This document shows positions 20,677 to 31,335 of a stretch of 64,000 nt of DNA, piece after piece. The DNA is from an uncultured delta proteobacterium (GTDB lineage: Bacteria > Desulfobacterota > Desulfomonilia > Desulfomonilales > Desulfomonilaceae). The notes under the pieces are model-generated. The model worked only from the letters and a program-made list of their open reading frames with translations. It was not told the origin of the DNA and ran no database searches. Location: NCBI GenBank assembly GCA_963789265.1, contig CAWBKB010000006.1, positions 256,001-320,000 of the forward strand, written 5' to 3'. Within the stretch, counting starts at the first letter, position 1. Each line of letters begins with the position of its first letter. The position numbers and the translations under genes were made by a program.

Positions 20677-20912
20677 AAGGACAGCCGGAGAAGCACTCTT
20701 GTTCTCGTTCCCGGGCTCTGCCTGGGAATGCCAGTCTTGGAGGCTCTGCCTCGACAGTGATAGCGAAATGAAGGCAGTTTGCGGGCTGAGCCCGCGAGAT
20801 GTGGAACCAAAATTCAGAATATCTCAGACCGATTCTTAGAAGTTCGGAAACGGGTCGAGATCGAAAGAGAGCCGGCCGGTAGCGCAGTGAGCGGGAATCC
20901 GGTCACGTGTTT

Positions 20913-20983
20913 GGGTGCCACTGCTGGCTTGTCCAGCAGTGTTCTTCCAGCAGGCACTGCTGGACAAGCCAGCAGTGGCACCC
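20913..20983. repeat. Perfect 29-bp inverted repeat (REP-like doublet)
   Basis: GGGTGCCACTGCTGGCTTGTCCAGCAGTG and its exact reverse complement. Confidence 0.85.
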
Positions 20984-21024
20984 GGCGGATCGAAGTCCGG
21001 CTTGACGGCAGTCGGCCTCCGGGC

Positions 21025-21360
21025 CTATGGAACGCCTTTCAATCTGTGTTCCTGAGCTTCGAGCACTTCCAGTTCCCGTTTGTACCTGCCGCCTATTTCC
21101 AAAATGGTTTCAATCCATTCGCGAATCACTTTCCCCTCGGTGGTGACATAGGCTATTTGAGTGTCCATCATCCGTGTGAGGGTTCCCATGATATCCATTA
21201 GGATGTCAAGCTTATGACAATCATCCTGAATCCGTATTGTGGGCGTGTGAAGCCCCTGCTCTCCGTAAGCGTCCCAGACCATCTCTTCCATCACGGTTGA
21301 GACAGCCAGAGACAAGATCTGAATTGCCCTGAAATCCATCGGTCGCTTCATTCCTCGCAA
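21025..21360 (-). CDS. Hypothetical protein
   Basis: Codirectional with the upstream gene, 17-bp gap. No recognisable motif. Confidence 0.55.
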   Translation of the reverse strand: MRGMKRPMDFRAIQILSLAVSTVMEEMVWDAYGEQGLHTPTIRIQDDCHKLDILMDIMGTLTRMMDTQIAYVTTEGKVIREWIETILEIGGRYKRELEVLEAQEHRLKGVP

Positions 21361-21377
21361 GCCGCTAATCCGAGGGA

Positions 21378-22283
21378 CTACGAGACTGACTCTCTCGCCC
21401 TCTTTACCAGGAGTCCGGCACAGTTGAGAATGTTTTCCCGCGTATAAAGGGTCAGCTCATCGCGATAATACGTCTCAAATATATCACGAATCAGGTCATC
21501 CGTGTCCCCGCGATTGTCCAATATGCGCTCCCTGAGCTTCACCGCGGCTTGCCGGGCTTCGCTAAAGGCCTCTCTTACCTTTTGTTCACCCACAACCGGC
21601 CCCTGATGCGCGACACCGATAATCGAGGGCTGCAAACTTTCGAGACGATCTAGGGTATCCATGTACCCGGAGAATTCTGTCAAAAAGAGAGGAAATACTC
21701 CACGGCCCGGGAATCTGAATCCAAGGGAATCCGAGAGAATCAAGGCTCTGAGCCCGGGTATCCAGACCACAATCTTCCCGGGGGCATGGCCTTTGACATT
21801 GAGGAAACGCAGTGCCAAGCCTCCAATATCTATTTCATCATTATTCTTGGCAATAAGACAGTTTTCAAGGGTAGGCGCTTCAGCGACCGGCGGCCGGCCG
21901 GGCTCGACTCCGTGCGCTCGAAGGAAATTTCGCATGTGTCGATCTTCCGGTACCAGAGCCTTGCCGGCTTTCGGGTGAGCGAGAAATTCCGGCGCGCCTA
22001 CCGCCGCAACGACGAGAGCCTGTGGGTACCTCTCCTTCAGGGCCGGCAGACCGGTTATATGGTCGGCATGCGGATGAGTGACGACCAGGAAGGTCGGCTC
22101 GACTTGCAACGTGTTCAACTGCCTGATTACATCATCCGCGACTGCGGATACGCCGACCTCTACAAGCGCGGATGCCTGCTCGCCTTTCACGAGGTAAAGG
22201 TTGAAATAGTAATTACCTAACACCCAGAGCCCTTCTGTAAGAAGCCTGGGGAAGGAATCGGATTCAAACTGACTCGCCGCCAT
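21378..22283 (-). CDS. Metallo-beta-lactamase fold hydrolase
   Basis: THPHADHITG, GHAPG, SD and AHQG. Confidence 0.88.
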   Translation of the reverse strand: MAASQFESDSFPRLLTEGLWVLGNYYFNLYLVKGEQASALVEVGVSAVADDVIRQLNTLQVEPTFLVVTHPHADHITGLPALKERYPQALVVAAVGAPEFLAHPKAGKALVPEDRHMRNFLRAHGVEPGRPPVAEAPTLENCLIAKNNDEIDIGGLALRFLNVKGHAPGKIVVWIPGLRALILSDSLGFRFPGRGVFPLFLTEFSGYMDTLDRLESLQPSIIGVAHQGPVVGEQKVREAFSEARQAAVKLRERILDNRGDTDDLIRDIFETYYRDELTLYTRENILNCAGLLVKRARESVS

Positions 22284-22410
22284 GGCGCCTCCTTACTCGG
22301 CCAAATACACCGCTGAGATCCTGGCCAAGATGATCTTCAGAGCTTCCAATATAGATATTAACTCATTGTGAGTCCACCGCCGATTTCTTCCTTTTCGCTC
22401 GATTATAAGC

Positions 22411-22458
22411 TTGACAAAGGGATGTACGGGGTCTAAAAATAAATTCGACTGGCCTAAC
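22411..22458 (+). promoter_or_regulatory. feo promoter with candidate DtxR/MntR-type operator
   Basis: TTGACA-N17-TAAAAA, followed by TTCGACTGGCCTAA, which resembles TTAGGCTAGCCTAA. Confidence 0.5.
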
Positions 22459-22524
22459 TGTGGTAGGCTAGTTTGCTTCCGGAAGCCGTGCCGGAGGCTG
22501 TGAGCAAGAGATCGGGAGATAACC

Positions 22525-22842
22525 ATGAACCGTGCCCCCTCCACTAACAACTGCAATGACCTCCCCGCGCTTGATAACAAAGACTGCCGGACCGGCAACT
22601 TGATGAAGCTCTCCAACCTTAAACCCGGCCAAAGAGGAATAATTGCTCGGGTGTGCGGAGTGGCGGATGTTAGGCTCAGAATGATGGAAATGGGATTCAC
22701 AAGGGGCACTGAGGTGCAGGTGGTTAAATATGCGCCTCTCAGCGATCCCGTCGAGGTCGTAATTAAAGGATACCACGTCACGCTGCGAAGAGACCAGGCC
22801 GCAGATATTCTCCTCTGTGAGGCAGACCAGGCGGCTGCCTAA
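22525..22842 (+). CDS. feoA: Ferrous iron transport protein A
   Basis: RLRMMEMGFTRGTEV...APLSDP...LRRDQA. Confidence 0.92.
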   Translation: MNRAPSTNNCNDLPALDNKDCRTGNLMKLSNLKPGQRGIIARVCGVADVRLRMMEMGFTRGTEVQVVKYAPLSDPVEVVIKGYHVTLRRDQAADILLCEADQAAA

Positions 22843-22854
22843 GAGACCCAACCC

Positions 22855-25233
22855 ATGCCCAGAGAAATAGTTGTCGCACTTGCGGGCAACCCGAATGCCG
22901 GCAAAACTACGCTGTTCAACGCCCTCACCGGGGCGCGACAGCACGTGGGAAACTGGCCGGGAGTAACCGTTGAAAAGAAAGAGGGGACGTTGACTCACGG
23001 GGATCGGAGGATCCGGGTGGTGGACTTGCCCGGCACTTATTCCCTCACGGCCTATTCCCTGGAAGAGATTATAGCCCGCAATTTTGTGGTTGAATCCGCG
23101 CCTGATGTTGTGGTGGATGTGGTGGACGCGTCCAACTTGGAGCGCAACCTATACCTGGCTGTACAACTTCTCGAATTGGGGGCTCGACTGGTCATAGCCT
23201 TGAATATGATTGATGTCGCCAAAGGGCGCAGCATACATATTGACGAGAAGAGGCTTTCCGACTTGCTCGGAGTTCCGGTGGTATCGACCAACGGCAAAAA
23301 AGGGATAGGAATTGAAGAACTTCTCGACAAAGCAATCCGACTGGCTGAAACCCCGGAAGTCGCAAGCGCCCCCAGAACTGTCAGTTACGGAACGGAAGTG
23401 GAAGAGGAACTCGCAAAGATAGAACAAAGACTCAACCGGCCCCGAAACTCAACGAACGGGCCTTCGAATCGTTGGCTTGCCATAAAGCTTCTTGAGGGAG
23501 ACGCCGAGGTGTCGAAGATGGTGGAATCCACCTTCGGACAAAATGGCGTACACGATCAGGTCGTCAAGAGCCGGAAACACATTGAAGACATATTCGCGGA
23601 CCCGCCCGAGGTCGTGTTGACGGATGCGCGTTACGGATTTATATCCGGGGCCATGAAGCAGACTGTGCATGTTGACAGTAGAGATCGCGTCCACGTGAGC
23701 GAATCTATTGACAAGCTATTGACTGACCGATTGCTCGGTCCGCTCGTACTCATGTTGGTCCTGTATTTGGTTTATATGTTTACTTTTCAGGCAAGTGAGC
23801 CTCTGGTCGGCGCTTGCCAGGCTCTGTTCGGATGGTTGGGCACCGTCGCTGGTGAAGTGATTCCTCATGGCCTTCTGCGGTCTCTGGTTGTGAGCGGCAT
23901 TATTAACGGGGTTGGAGGAGTGTTGGGATTCACCCCTCTGATTGCCTTCATGTTTCTGGCTATCGCCGTACTCGAAGACACGGGGTACATGGCCAGAATA
24001 GCATTCATGTTGGATCGGGTACTTAGAGGCTTTGGCCTTCACGGCTCGTCCGTGCTGGCCCTGATGGTTGCAGGCGGTATCGCCGGCGGCTGCGCGGTGC
24101 CGGGGATAATGGCCACGCGCACGATGAAGGAACCCAAGGAAAGGCTGGTCACAATACTGGTGGCCCCTCTGATGAACTGTGGAGCAAAACTCCCTGTATA
24201 TGCCTTGCTTATCGATGCATTCTTTGCTCACAGCCAGGCCAAGATCATGATTTTGCTAACCCTTATCTCCTGGGCAATGGTCTTGACCGCGGGGAAAGTG
24301 ATTCGCTCGACAGTGCTGGCGGGCCCGTCTGCGCCGTTCGTGCTCGAATTGCCCCCGTACCGAATTCCGACCTTCAAGGGCCTTGTTATTCACACATGGG
24401 AACGAACATGGATGTACATCAAGAAGGCTGGAACAATACTCCTTGCTGTGTCCATTGTGCTGTGGGCCATGATGACCTTTCCGTCACTACCGTCGGAAAC
24501 TGCAAAGAGTTTCGAGCAGAAAAAGGCCGAGCTAACATCGACCTTTCTCGCTGAGCCGGGGGTTCGAAGGGTATTTGAAACGAAGACCGATATACAAAAA
24601 TTCGAAATCTTTACTAAACTGCCCGAATCAGGCATACGCTCGGCCGCGACTGAAGGAAACCCGACCATCGCTGAGCTGGCGCTGGCCATGGAGAAAATCC
24701 TCCCGAGAGAGCGCGGCAATTCCCGGTTATCGGCCAATGCAGATTTCGCGCCGGTCGCTCGCGCCTATGCTGCATTCGAAGCTAATAAAATCGCCATAGA
24801 GCGCGAGAAACTAAGCGAACAACTCAAGCACACCATAGGCGGCAGAATTGGGGTTGCACTTGAAACCCTGTTTCGCCCCATCGGGTTCGACTGGCGGACC
24901 AATGTGGCTCTGGTGGGGGGATTTGCAGCGAAAGAAGTTGTCGTGGCCACGTTGGGAACCGCGTATAGCCTTGGCGACGTGAAGCCGAGGGAATCAGGCG
25001 GGCTGGCCGAAAAACTGCGGAAGGAACCCGGTTGGAATCCTCTGACAGCTTTCACGCTCATCCTGTTTGTAATGCTCTATAATCCGTGTATAGCCACGCT
25101 GGTGATTATAAGGAAAGAATCCGGATCATGGCGGTGGACGTTCTTTGCCATGCTCTACACCACCGTCCTGGCATATTGTGTGGCACTGCTGGTTCATTCA
25201 GGAGGAACTTTTTTGGGGCTGGGCCTCTCGTAG
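22855..25233 (+). CDS. feoB: Ferrous iron transport protein B
   Basis: GNPNAGKT, GNWPGVTVE, DLPGTYSL and LEDTGYMAR. Confidence 0.97.
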   Translation: MPREIVVALAGNPNAGKTTLFNALTGARQHVGNWPGVTVEKKEGTLTHGDRRIRVVDLPGTYSLTAYSLEEIIARNFVVESAPDVVVDVVDASNLERNLYLAVQLLELGARLVIALNMIDVAKGRSIHIDEKRLSDLLGVPVVSTNGKKGIGIEELLDKAIRLAETPEVASAPRTVSYGTEVEEELAKIEQRLNRPRNSTNGPSNRWLAIKLLEGDAEVSKMVESTFGQNGVHDQVVKSRKHIEDIFADPPEVVLTDARYGFISGAMKQTVHVDSRDRVHVSESIDKLLTDRLLGPLVLMLVLYLVYMFTFQASEPLVGACQALFGWLGTVAGEVIPHGLLRSLVVSGIINGVGGVLGFTPLIAFMFLAIAVLEDTGYMARIAFMLDRVLRGFGLHGSSVLALMVAGGIAGGCAVPGIMATRTMKEPKERLVTILVAPLMNCGAKLPVYALLIDAFFAHSQAKIMILLTLISWAMVLTAGKVIRSTVLAGPSAPFVLELPPYRIPTFKGLVIHTWERTWMYIKKAGTILLAVSIVLWAMMTFPSLPSETAKSFEQKKAELTSTFLAEPGVRRVFETKTDIQKFEIFTKLPESGIRSAATEGNPTIAELALAMEKILPRERGNSRLSANADFAPVARAYAAFEANKIAIEREKLSEQLKHTIGGRIGVALETLFRPIGFDWRTNVALVGGFAAKEVVVATLGTAYSLGDVKPRESGGLAEKLRKEPGWNPLTAFTLILFVMLYNPCIATLVIIRKESGSWRWTFFAMLYTTVLAYCVALLVHSGGTFLGLGLS

Positions 25234-25261
25234 GTTCAAGATTCTCAATCAGGAGACGACG

Positions 25262-25456
25262 ATGTGGCAGCATATTGTTGTGGGGTTACTCGTAGCCGCT
25301 TCGATCTTCTTTATTAGTAAGCGTATCTGGAACTGCTTCAGAGGAGCACGAGCCGGCAGTACCAACTGCGGGTGCGGCTGTTCCGCTTGTGGGCAAAATC
25401 CGGGTTCGCAGTCGGATTGTGGCGCAGGCCGTTTGGACGAGCGATGCGTGCGGTGA
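25262..25456 (+). CDS. FeoB-associated Cys-rich small membrane protein
   Basis: TM helix then CGCGCSACG. RBS AGGAG. Confidence 0.8.
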   Translation: MWQHIVVGLLVAASIFFISKRIWNCFRGARAGSTNCGCGCSACGQNPGSQSDCGAGRLDERCVR

Positions 25457-25497
25457 AGGTGTATGCCGTACATTGGGTTGGGATTTGAAATTGGGAT

Positions 25498-26247
25498 TTA
25501 TATAGGTTTTACGAGAATTTTGGCCGCGTCGGCCTTTGTAAGTGAAATGTGATAGCCTTTGAGGTTTACGTGAAGGCTTCCCGATTCGGGGTCCTTCTTT
25601 TCTATCTCCAGGATGGCGCCGGTGTCTAGGCCCTGCTTGGCCAGTGACCTCCTGGACTCCCCAGATCCCTTCAGACTGTCTATCATGACCTGCGAGCCCG
25701 GACGGGCTGTGGCCAGGGTCAAACCGTCATCCAAGGCCGCCTTTTGGGCTTGGACTCTGCTTAGCAGCTTCTCCTTGGCTTTGTCCAGGCAAGGAATACA
25801 TTCTTCACACGTGTCAGATACACCTTCCAGCCATCTGGTCTGATCGACCGGGCACATTTCGATGAACTCGCCCAATCGGACCAATTTCTCGATTACTTCC
25901 GGGTCAAGATGATGTTCGATGCGGCAAGCATTGTCCTCCGCGACGGTTTCCCCCACCTGTAGCACCCTAACAAGGAAGCGCTTCAGGACTTCGTGTTTTC
26001 GAACTATCTCTTTCGCCTTTCTTATCCCTCGGTCAGTTAAGGTGATGAACTGGTGCGGATCGTATTGAATCAGCCCGCGTGAGCCAAGACTCTTCAGAGC
26101 CGAAGTCACCGACGACATCTTGACCCCGAGCCGGCTGGCGATATCACGGACCCGTGCAATCCGCCGTTCTTGTTCTAAGTGATAGATCGCCTCCAGGTAG
26201 TCTTCCATAGCTGAAGTAAGCGAGGGAAGGGGCTTGGCAGGCTGCAT
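25498..26247 (-). CDS. DtxR/MntR family metal-dependent repressor with C-terminal FeoA domain
   Basis: EDYLEAIY, RKHEVL and ACRIEH. Confidence 0.92.
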   Translation of the reverse strand: MQPAKPLPSLTSAMEDYLEAIYHLEQERRIARVRDIASRLGVKMSSVTSALKSLGSRGLIQYDPHQFITLTDRGIRKAKEIVRKHEVLKRFLVRVLQVGETVAEDNACRIEHHLDPEVIEKLVRLGEFIEMCPVDQTRWLEGVSDTCEECIPCLDKAKEKLLSRVQAQKAALDDGLTLATARPGSQVMIDSLKGSGESRRSLAKQGLDTGAILEIEKKDPESGSLHVNLKGYHISLTKADAAKILVKPI

Positions 26248-26369
26248 GAAATAATCCCCTTAGTGTGGTCAAAAATTGAGTATGAATGAGACCGTCCGCG
26301 TTGTCAAGCCGCTAATCCTCATCTTTGCTTGCTTCGTTGCCGTGTTCGGTCCTACAGGGGCTCTCCTAT

Positions 26370-26430
26370 ATGGTTGGGCTATGCGCAGGATATCTTCTAG
26401 TTTTTCTGTCAGTACATCTCTAATATCCAT
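26370..26430 (-). pseudogene. Possible N-terminal remnant of an MNT (minimal nucleotidyltransferase) antitoxin
   Basis: MDIRDVLTEKLEDILRIAQ resembles MNT N-termini. The similarity ends at a REP-like hairpin. Confidence 0.4.
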
Positions 26431-26474
26431 GTCAACACCCCGTGGCCTTGCATTATGAGTCAAACCTCCCAATT

Positions 26475-28040
26475 CTAGTCTTCCTCACGCCTTTGTCCGC
26501 TGAGCGTACCGGGGAGTTCATCGATCACGTCTGTGGCAGTGATCGGTTCGGGACCCATTCTTTTTACTATATTGTCCGCGGCCAACCCGTGCAGGTACAC
26601 TCCAAAGGGAAGAGCCTCTTCGGGCGGAATGCCCTGAACAAGCAAACCGCCAAGGACACCGCTGAGAACGTCTCCCTGCCCGCCTGAGGCCATCCATGGC
26701 GTTCCGGTCGTGTTCACGATGATTCGGCCATCCGGCGAAGCGGTCAACGTTTGGGCGCCTTTCAGGATAACCCATATACCGTAATCGGTTGCCAAGGTCC
26801 GCGCTGCCCCGATCCGATCCTGCTGGACTTCTCTCACGGTCTTGCCGGTTAGTCGGGCCATTTCTCCGGGATGCGGGGTAAGGACAACTCGAGCTTTTGT
26901 CTGACGGAGCACGTCCAGGTTCCGCGCCAGCACATTGAGCCCGTCTGCGTCGATGACCACCCGTCTCTGGTACGTGGCGAGCACCTTCTCGATCATCTCG
27001 GAAATCCCTTCAGCGGTCGATAGCCCCGGACCAATCACTATGCAGCGCTTCCCCTCAGAGAGCGCCAGGACACGATCAATCGCCGCATCGCCAAGATAGC
27101 CTAAGACGCTCTCAGGAAGAGGTTCGGTCATCTCTTCAGTGAGTTTCGTCTCGACAATGGGATTCAGAGAAGCCGGGATCCCAACCGTCACCAATCCCGC
27201 GCCCATACGGGAGGCGGCCCTCGCCGCCAGCGCGGGAGCGCCGGTCTTTCCGGGAGATCCTCCCACAACAAGGAGGTGCCCGAATATTCCCTTGTGTGCC
27301 TGAGCATCCGAACGTAGTCGCCAAAACTCTACGGCATCCGGTTTGTCGTAAAGCCATGCTCGAGGAGGGTTCTTCTCGATTGCATGGAGCGGAATGGAGA
27401 TGTCTACCACTTCCACCTTGCCGCAGCATTCCACTCCGGGATAAATCGCCATTCCCAGCTTCTTGAATCCGTATGTGGCCGTCAAATCCGCTTGGACCGC
27501 GCAGCCGAGAATCCGGCCGGTGTTGGCATCGAGACCGGAGGGGAGATCAACCGCCAGGCGCATGCCGTCGACCCGATTGATCTCTAAAATTGCCTCTCGA
27601 TAAGGCGAACGAACTTCGGAATTAAGGCCTGTTCCAAGAATCGCGTCGACAATCAAGTCGCTTTGGCGCCACCGGCGGACGGCCTGTTTGAATGATTCCT
27701 CGTCCTCCACCTCGTAAACATGAGAACTCATGCGTTCAAGCACCTGCAGATTAACCAAAGCGTCGCCGGCGACCTTTTGGCGAGGACTGAGGAGAAAAGT
27801 CTGCACCTCAGCCCCGTGATTAATCAGGTACCTGGCGATGACATACCCGTCGCCGCCGTTGTTTCCCGGACCGGATACCACAGACACCCTGAGGTCTCGG
27901 ACATCACCTCCCAGACGGGTCTTCAGAATATGAAAAGTGGTGCGCCCCGCGTTTTCCATGAGCACAACGCCCGGAATTCCGTACTCGTCAATGGCTGCTG
28001 CATCGAAGGCCCTCATCTCCTCGGCAGTGACAAGATACAT
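26475..28040 (-). CDS. nnr: Bifunctional NAD(P)H-hydrate epimerase/dehydratase (YjeF)
   Basis: LMENAG, GPGNNGGDG, HKG, DADGLN, TPHPGEM and GGQGDVLSG. Confidence 0.95.
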   Translation of the reverse strand: MYLVTAEEMRAFDAAAIDEYGIPGVVLMENAGRTTFHILKTRLGGDVRDLRVSVVSGPGNNGGDGYVIARYLINHGAEVQTFLLSPRQKVAGDALVNLQVLERMSSHVYEVEDEESFKQAVRRWRQSDLIVDAILGTGLNSEVRSPYREAILEINRVDGMRLAVDLPSGLDANTGRILGCAVQADLTATYGFKKLGMAIYPGVECCGKVEVVDISIPLHAIEKNPPRAWLYDKPDAVEFWRLRSDAQAHKGIFGHLLVVGGSPGKTGAPALAARAASRMGAGLVTVGIPASLNPIVETKLTEEMTEPLPESVLGYLGDAAIDRVLALSEGKRCIVIGPGLSTAEGISEMIEKVLATYQRRVVIDADGLNVLARNLDVLRQTKARVVLTPHPGEMARLTGKTVREVQQDRIGAARTLATDYGIWVILKGAQTLTASPDGRIIVNTTGTPWMASGGQGDVLSGVLGGLLVQGIPPEEALPFGVYLHGLAADNIVKRMGPEPITATDVIDELPGTLSGQRREED

Positions 28041-28079
28041 AAAAATTCCCCCTTGATAATCGTCAGATTCGGATTAGGT

Positions 28080-29198
28080 TCAAGACAGCCCGGCCGAGAC
28101 CCGGCCGGGCTTGTCAGTTGTCATGAAATCGCACGAATATCCCGCACAGAGCATACTGTATCTGCCAATCAGTTCCAGTGTTATGAGGCCGCTTATTTCA
28201 CCTGCCTTGAGTATAGGCACCGCTTTACTGCCACTTGCCTGAATCTTTTCAAGAATCTCTACTAGAGGAGTTTCCTCTGACGCCGTGGGAAAGTCGCCGG
28301 TCATCGCCTCAGATACGAGGCAAGAGGGTCCCTTCTTGTGCAGAGCATTGATGAGCCCGTCCCTCGTAATTAAACCGACCACCCGGTGATCTTCGACAAC
28401 CGGAAAATCTTCCTGAAACCCTCGGCAATAACGTTCGGCCACGACTCCCACTGTATCGCGCGGAGACAGGACATCTATACCGCTGACCATGGCGGCTCTA
28501 GCAGTTACCCCTTTGAGTGGCAACACGGCCCCCAGATGTCGCTCTTCGGCTTCAGCACCCATGTACACGAACAGTGCTATCAGGATCATGAAGATGTTCA
28601 TGGAAAGCAGGCCAATAAAGAACAGGCCGATAGCCAGGACCTGCCCGATTCCCACCGCGATTCGTGTCGCAGTCATGGGGCTCATGTACAGTCCCAGAAA
28701 TCCTCGAAGAACACGTCCCCCATCCATAGGAAAAGCGGGTATCAGGTTGAAAACGGCCAAGACAAAATTCACTAAGGCAAGTTCAGCGAGAAGATTCCCG
28801 TGGACCGACACGTGCCAGAAACTAAGGCCGTATCCCAGCAGGTCTGAAAGGAACCAAAGAGAAATAGCCAGCACCAAACTCGACGCGGGACCTGCCGCAG
28901 ATATCAGGAGTTCCTGCCGCGGGTCCTCCGGAGTTACAGGCATTCGTGCCACGCCCCCTATGGGAAGCAGCGTGATGTCCACGACCTCGATTCCATAATG
29001 GCGAGCGACCATCGCGTGGCTCAGCTCGTGGAATACCACCGACGCAAAAATCAGTGCGACGAAGATCAAACCGCGTAGTCCGCCGATCCCTATTATTGAC
29101 CCTCCGACAAAGTAGACAATGAGCAACAACAACAAAAACGTGACGTGTACCCTGAGAGGTATTCCCAGGATGGAGCCAATTTTATATGACCATTTCAT
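28080..29198 (-). CDS. Site-2 protease (M50) with CBS domains
   Basis: HELSH, NLIPAFPMDGGR and a CBS pair. Confidence 0.92.
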   Translation of the reverse strand: MKWSYKIGSILGIPLRVHVTFLLLLLIVYFVGGSIIGIGGLRGLIFVALIFASVVFHELSHAMVARHYGIEVVDITLLPIGGVARMPVTPEDPRQELLISAAGPASSLVLAISLWFLSDLLGYGLSFWHVSVHGNLLAELALVNFVLAVFNLIPAFPMDGGRVLRGFLGLYMSPMTATRIAVGIGQVLAIGLFFIGLLSMNIFMILIALFVYMGAEAEERHLGAVLPLKGVTARAAMVSGIDVLSPRDTVGVVAERYCRGFQEDFPVVEDHRVVGLITRDGLINALHKKGPSCLVSEAMTGDFPTASEETPLVEILEKIQASGSKAVPILKAGEISGLITLELIGRYSMLCAGYSCDFMTTDKPGRVSAGLS

Positions 29199-29438
29199 TA
29201 GCCTGCCTCCATGGAGCGAGATCTCTCGACGGATCCTCAGATGGCCGCGAGAGCGTTCCGCACTCCCATTAAAGAGTCAAAAGAATAATCATTCCTCTTC
29301 ATTATCCGTCCAAAAGCTCTCGGCACAACTGAATGCTGGCGTTAACCTATTCTTTACCATAGATTAGCGCCCTGGTCTCTCTTTGCAAACAGAACAATTT
29401 TGTAGTACGCTTTCATTCGGCGAACTCTTGTGCACTGA

Positions 29439-29712
29439 TACCAGTGCGCCATCAAACAAGTGACAATCCCCGCGACGATATGGTGGGGCATCCCGTGCGG
29501 AACGCGGGACTGCCTGCCCCGCGTTCCGCGGGATCACCCCGGACTTCGATCCGGGCTATGTGGGGGCGGACCCGCGTGTCCGCCCGGGGCAGACACATAG
29601 GTCTGCCTCTACAATTGATGCCCGCGTACGCGGGCATGACGACATGTAAGGACGGGTTTGAAACCCGCCCCTACCAGGAACACGGTGTCACTTGTTTGAA
29701 AGCTAATCGGTA
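29439..29712. mobile_element. MITE with TACC...GGTA ends carrying REP-like modules
   Basis: 27-bp imperfect TIR ending TCAAACAAGTGACA. 3-bp TSD TGA in a CTGAG target. Confidence 0.8.
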
Positions 29713-29722
29713 TGAGGTTACC

Positions 29723-30966
29723 GTGATTGCAATTGGTGAAGCGCAACGCAAAGTGTTGGAAGCGGTCCCCGTCCTGGGAAGGGAGAGGGTCTACATAGTA
29801 GAGGCTCTGGGACGCGTCCTCGCGCAGGACGTGCCCGCCAAACGTGATGTTCCTGCCGCCGACAACTCCGCGATGGATGGATATTCCTGCCGCTATGAAG
29901 ATGTCGCAGGTGCCGACTCGGCCAATCCGGCGAAATTGCGCATAATAGGCGATTCCCCGGCCGGGAGGCCCTACTATGGCACAGTTGGGGCAGGCGAAGC
30001 AGTCCGTATCATGACCGGCGGGCTGATTCCATCCGGAGCTGATACAGTGATCATGGTCGAATACACCCGCACGGAGGGTGAGTACGTGTACTCTGTTTCT
30101 GCGATCCCGGTCCGGGCGCACATATCCGATTGCACGGCGAAGACGTAAAAGCCGAAGAGATCGTGCTGTCCGTGGGAGACATCATCAGACCGCCGGAAGT
30201 CGGGATGCTGGCCACGCTCGGCCATGCCTACGTTCACGTCTATCAACGACCGGTTGTGGCCATTCTGTCTACCGGCGACGAACTGGTTGATCTGGACGAG
30301 CCATTCACCGATGGGAAGGTAGTATGTTCCAACGGTTACAGCCTGGCCGCTCAGGTGCTAGAATGTGGCGCCATTCCCCTTTCCCTTGGAATAGCCTCCG
30401 ACGATGAAGCAGATCAGCGCTCTCGCATATCAGACGGGCTGAGAGCCGATGTCATAATCACATCCGGTGGCGTATCGGTGGGAAAATACGACCTGGTTAA
30501 AGATGCTCTCTCAAAATTAGGTATGAAAGTGAAGTTCTGGAAGGTTGCGATGAAACCGGGCAAGCCGCTGGTGTTCGGCACAATCGGCAACAAACCCGTA
30601 TTTGGCCTGCCGGGAAATCCCACATCGGCCATGATTTCTTTCGAGCAGTTTGTGAGACCCGCTCTGCTGAAAATGATGGGTCACGTGCGGCTTTTCAGGC
30701 CGCTAATAGAAGCGACACTGGGGGAGAATGTGGAGATCCGGTCGAATCGTCTCCACCTGGTAAGGTGCAAACTCTTTGAACGGGACGGAACCGTGACTGC
30801 GGTGGCCGCCGGTACTCAGAGTTCCGGGGCCCTCCGATCAATGGTCCTGGCTGATGGATTGATGATTCTCCCGCCGGAGGACGCCCCATTTTCAGCAGGG
30901 CACCGCGTACGGGTGCAAGTATTGCATACAAACAGCCCCCTCACCCCACAATCACCATATTCCTGA
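29723..30966 (+). CDS. moeA: Molybdopterin molybdenumtransferase, with frameshift near 30085-30105
   Basis: DNSAMDGY and IMTGG, then STGDEL, SGGVSVG, MKPGKP and GLPGNP in another frame. Confidence 0.9.
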
Positions 30967-31083
30967 GGCCTTGAACGAGCAACCGGCGAAACAAGGCTAT
31001 AAGAGCATGCATTGGGTTTCAAGCAAATTAATGTCGTTGCAAGGAGCATAGTGACGAAGCAATCTCAGCTATGTGGGGACTCA

Positions 31084-31335
31084 TACCGATTCGCTTTCAA
31101 ACAGGTGACATGGTGTTTCCGGTAGGGGCGGGTTTCAAACCCGCCCTTACATGTCGTCATGCAAGCGTACAAGGGCATCACCTGTAGGGGCACCTCTCGT
31201 GGGTGCCCGAAAGAGGGCAGACACAAGGTCGGCCCCTACATCCCCGGATCGAAGTCCGGGGTGATCCCGCGTTCCGGGCGGGATGCCCCACTATATGCTG
31301 TCTAAGATTGTCACTTGTTTGATGGCGCATTGGTA
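31084..31335. mobile_element. Second TACC...GGTA MITE, inverted relative to the 29439 copy and nested in a GTCATTGCGAG repeat
   Basis: TIRs. 3-bp TSD TCA in a CTCAG target. Confidence 0.8.

Noticed and set aside
29444..29722. Long N-terminal extension of MoeA in the ORF track
   Set aside because: It is translated MITE sequence; the GTG at 29723 has an RBS and matches the family start.
29439..31335. moeA acquired as a composite transposon
   Set aside because: Each MITE has its own TSD (TGA/TGA, TCA/TCA) and the outer flanks are not a direct repeat.
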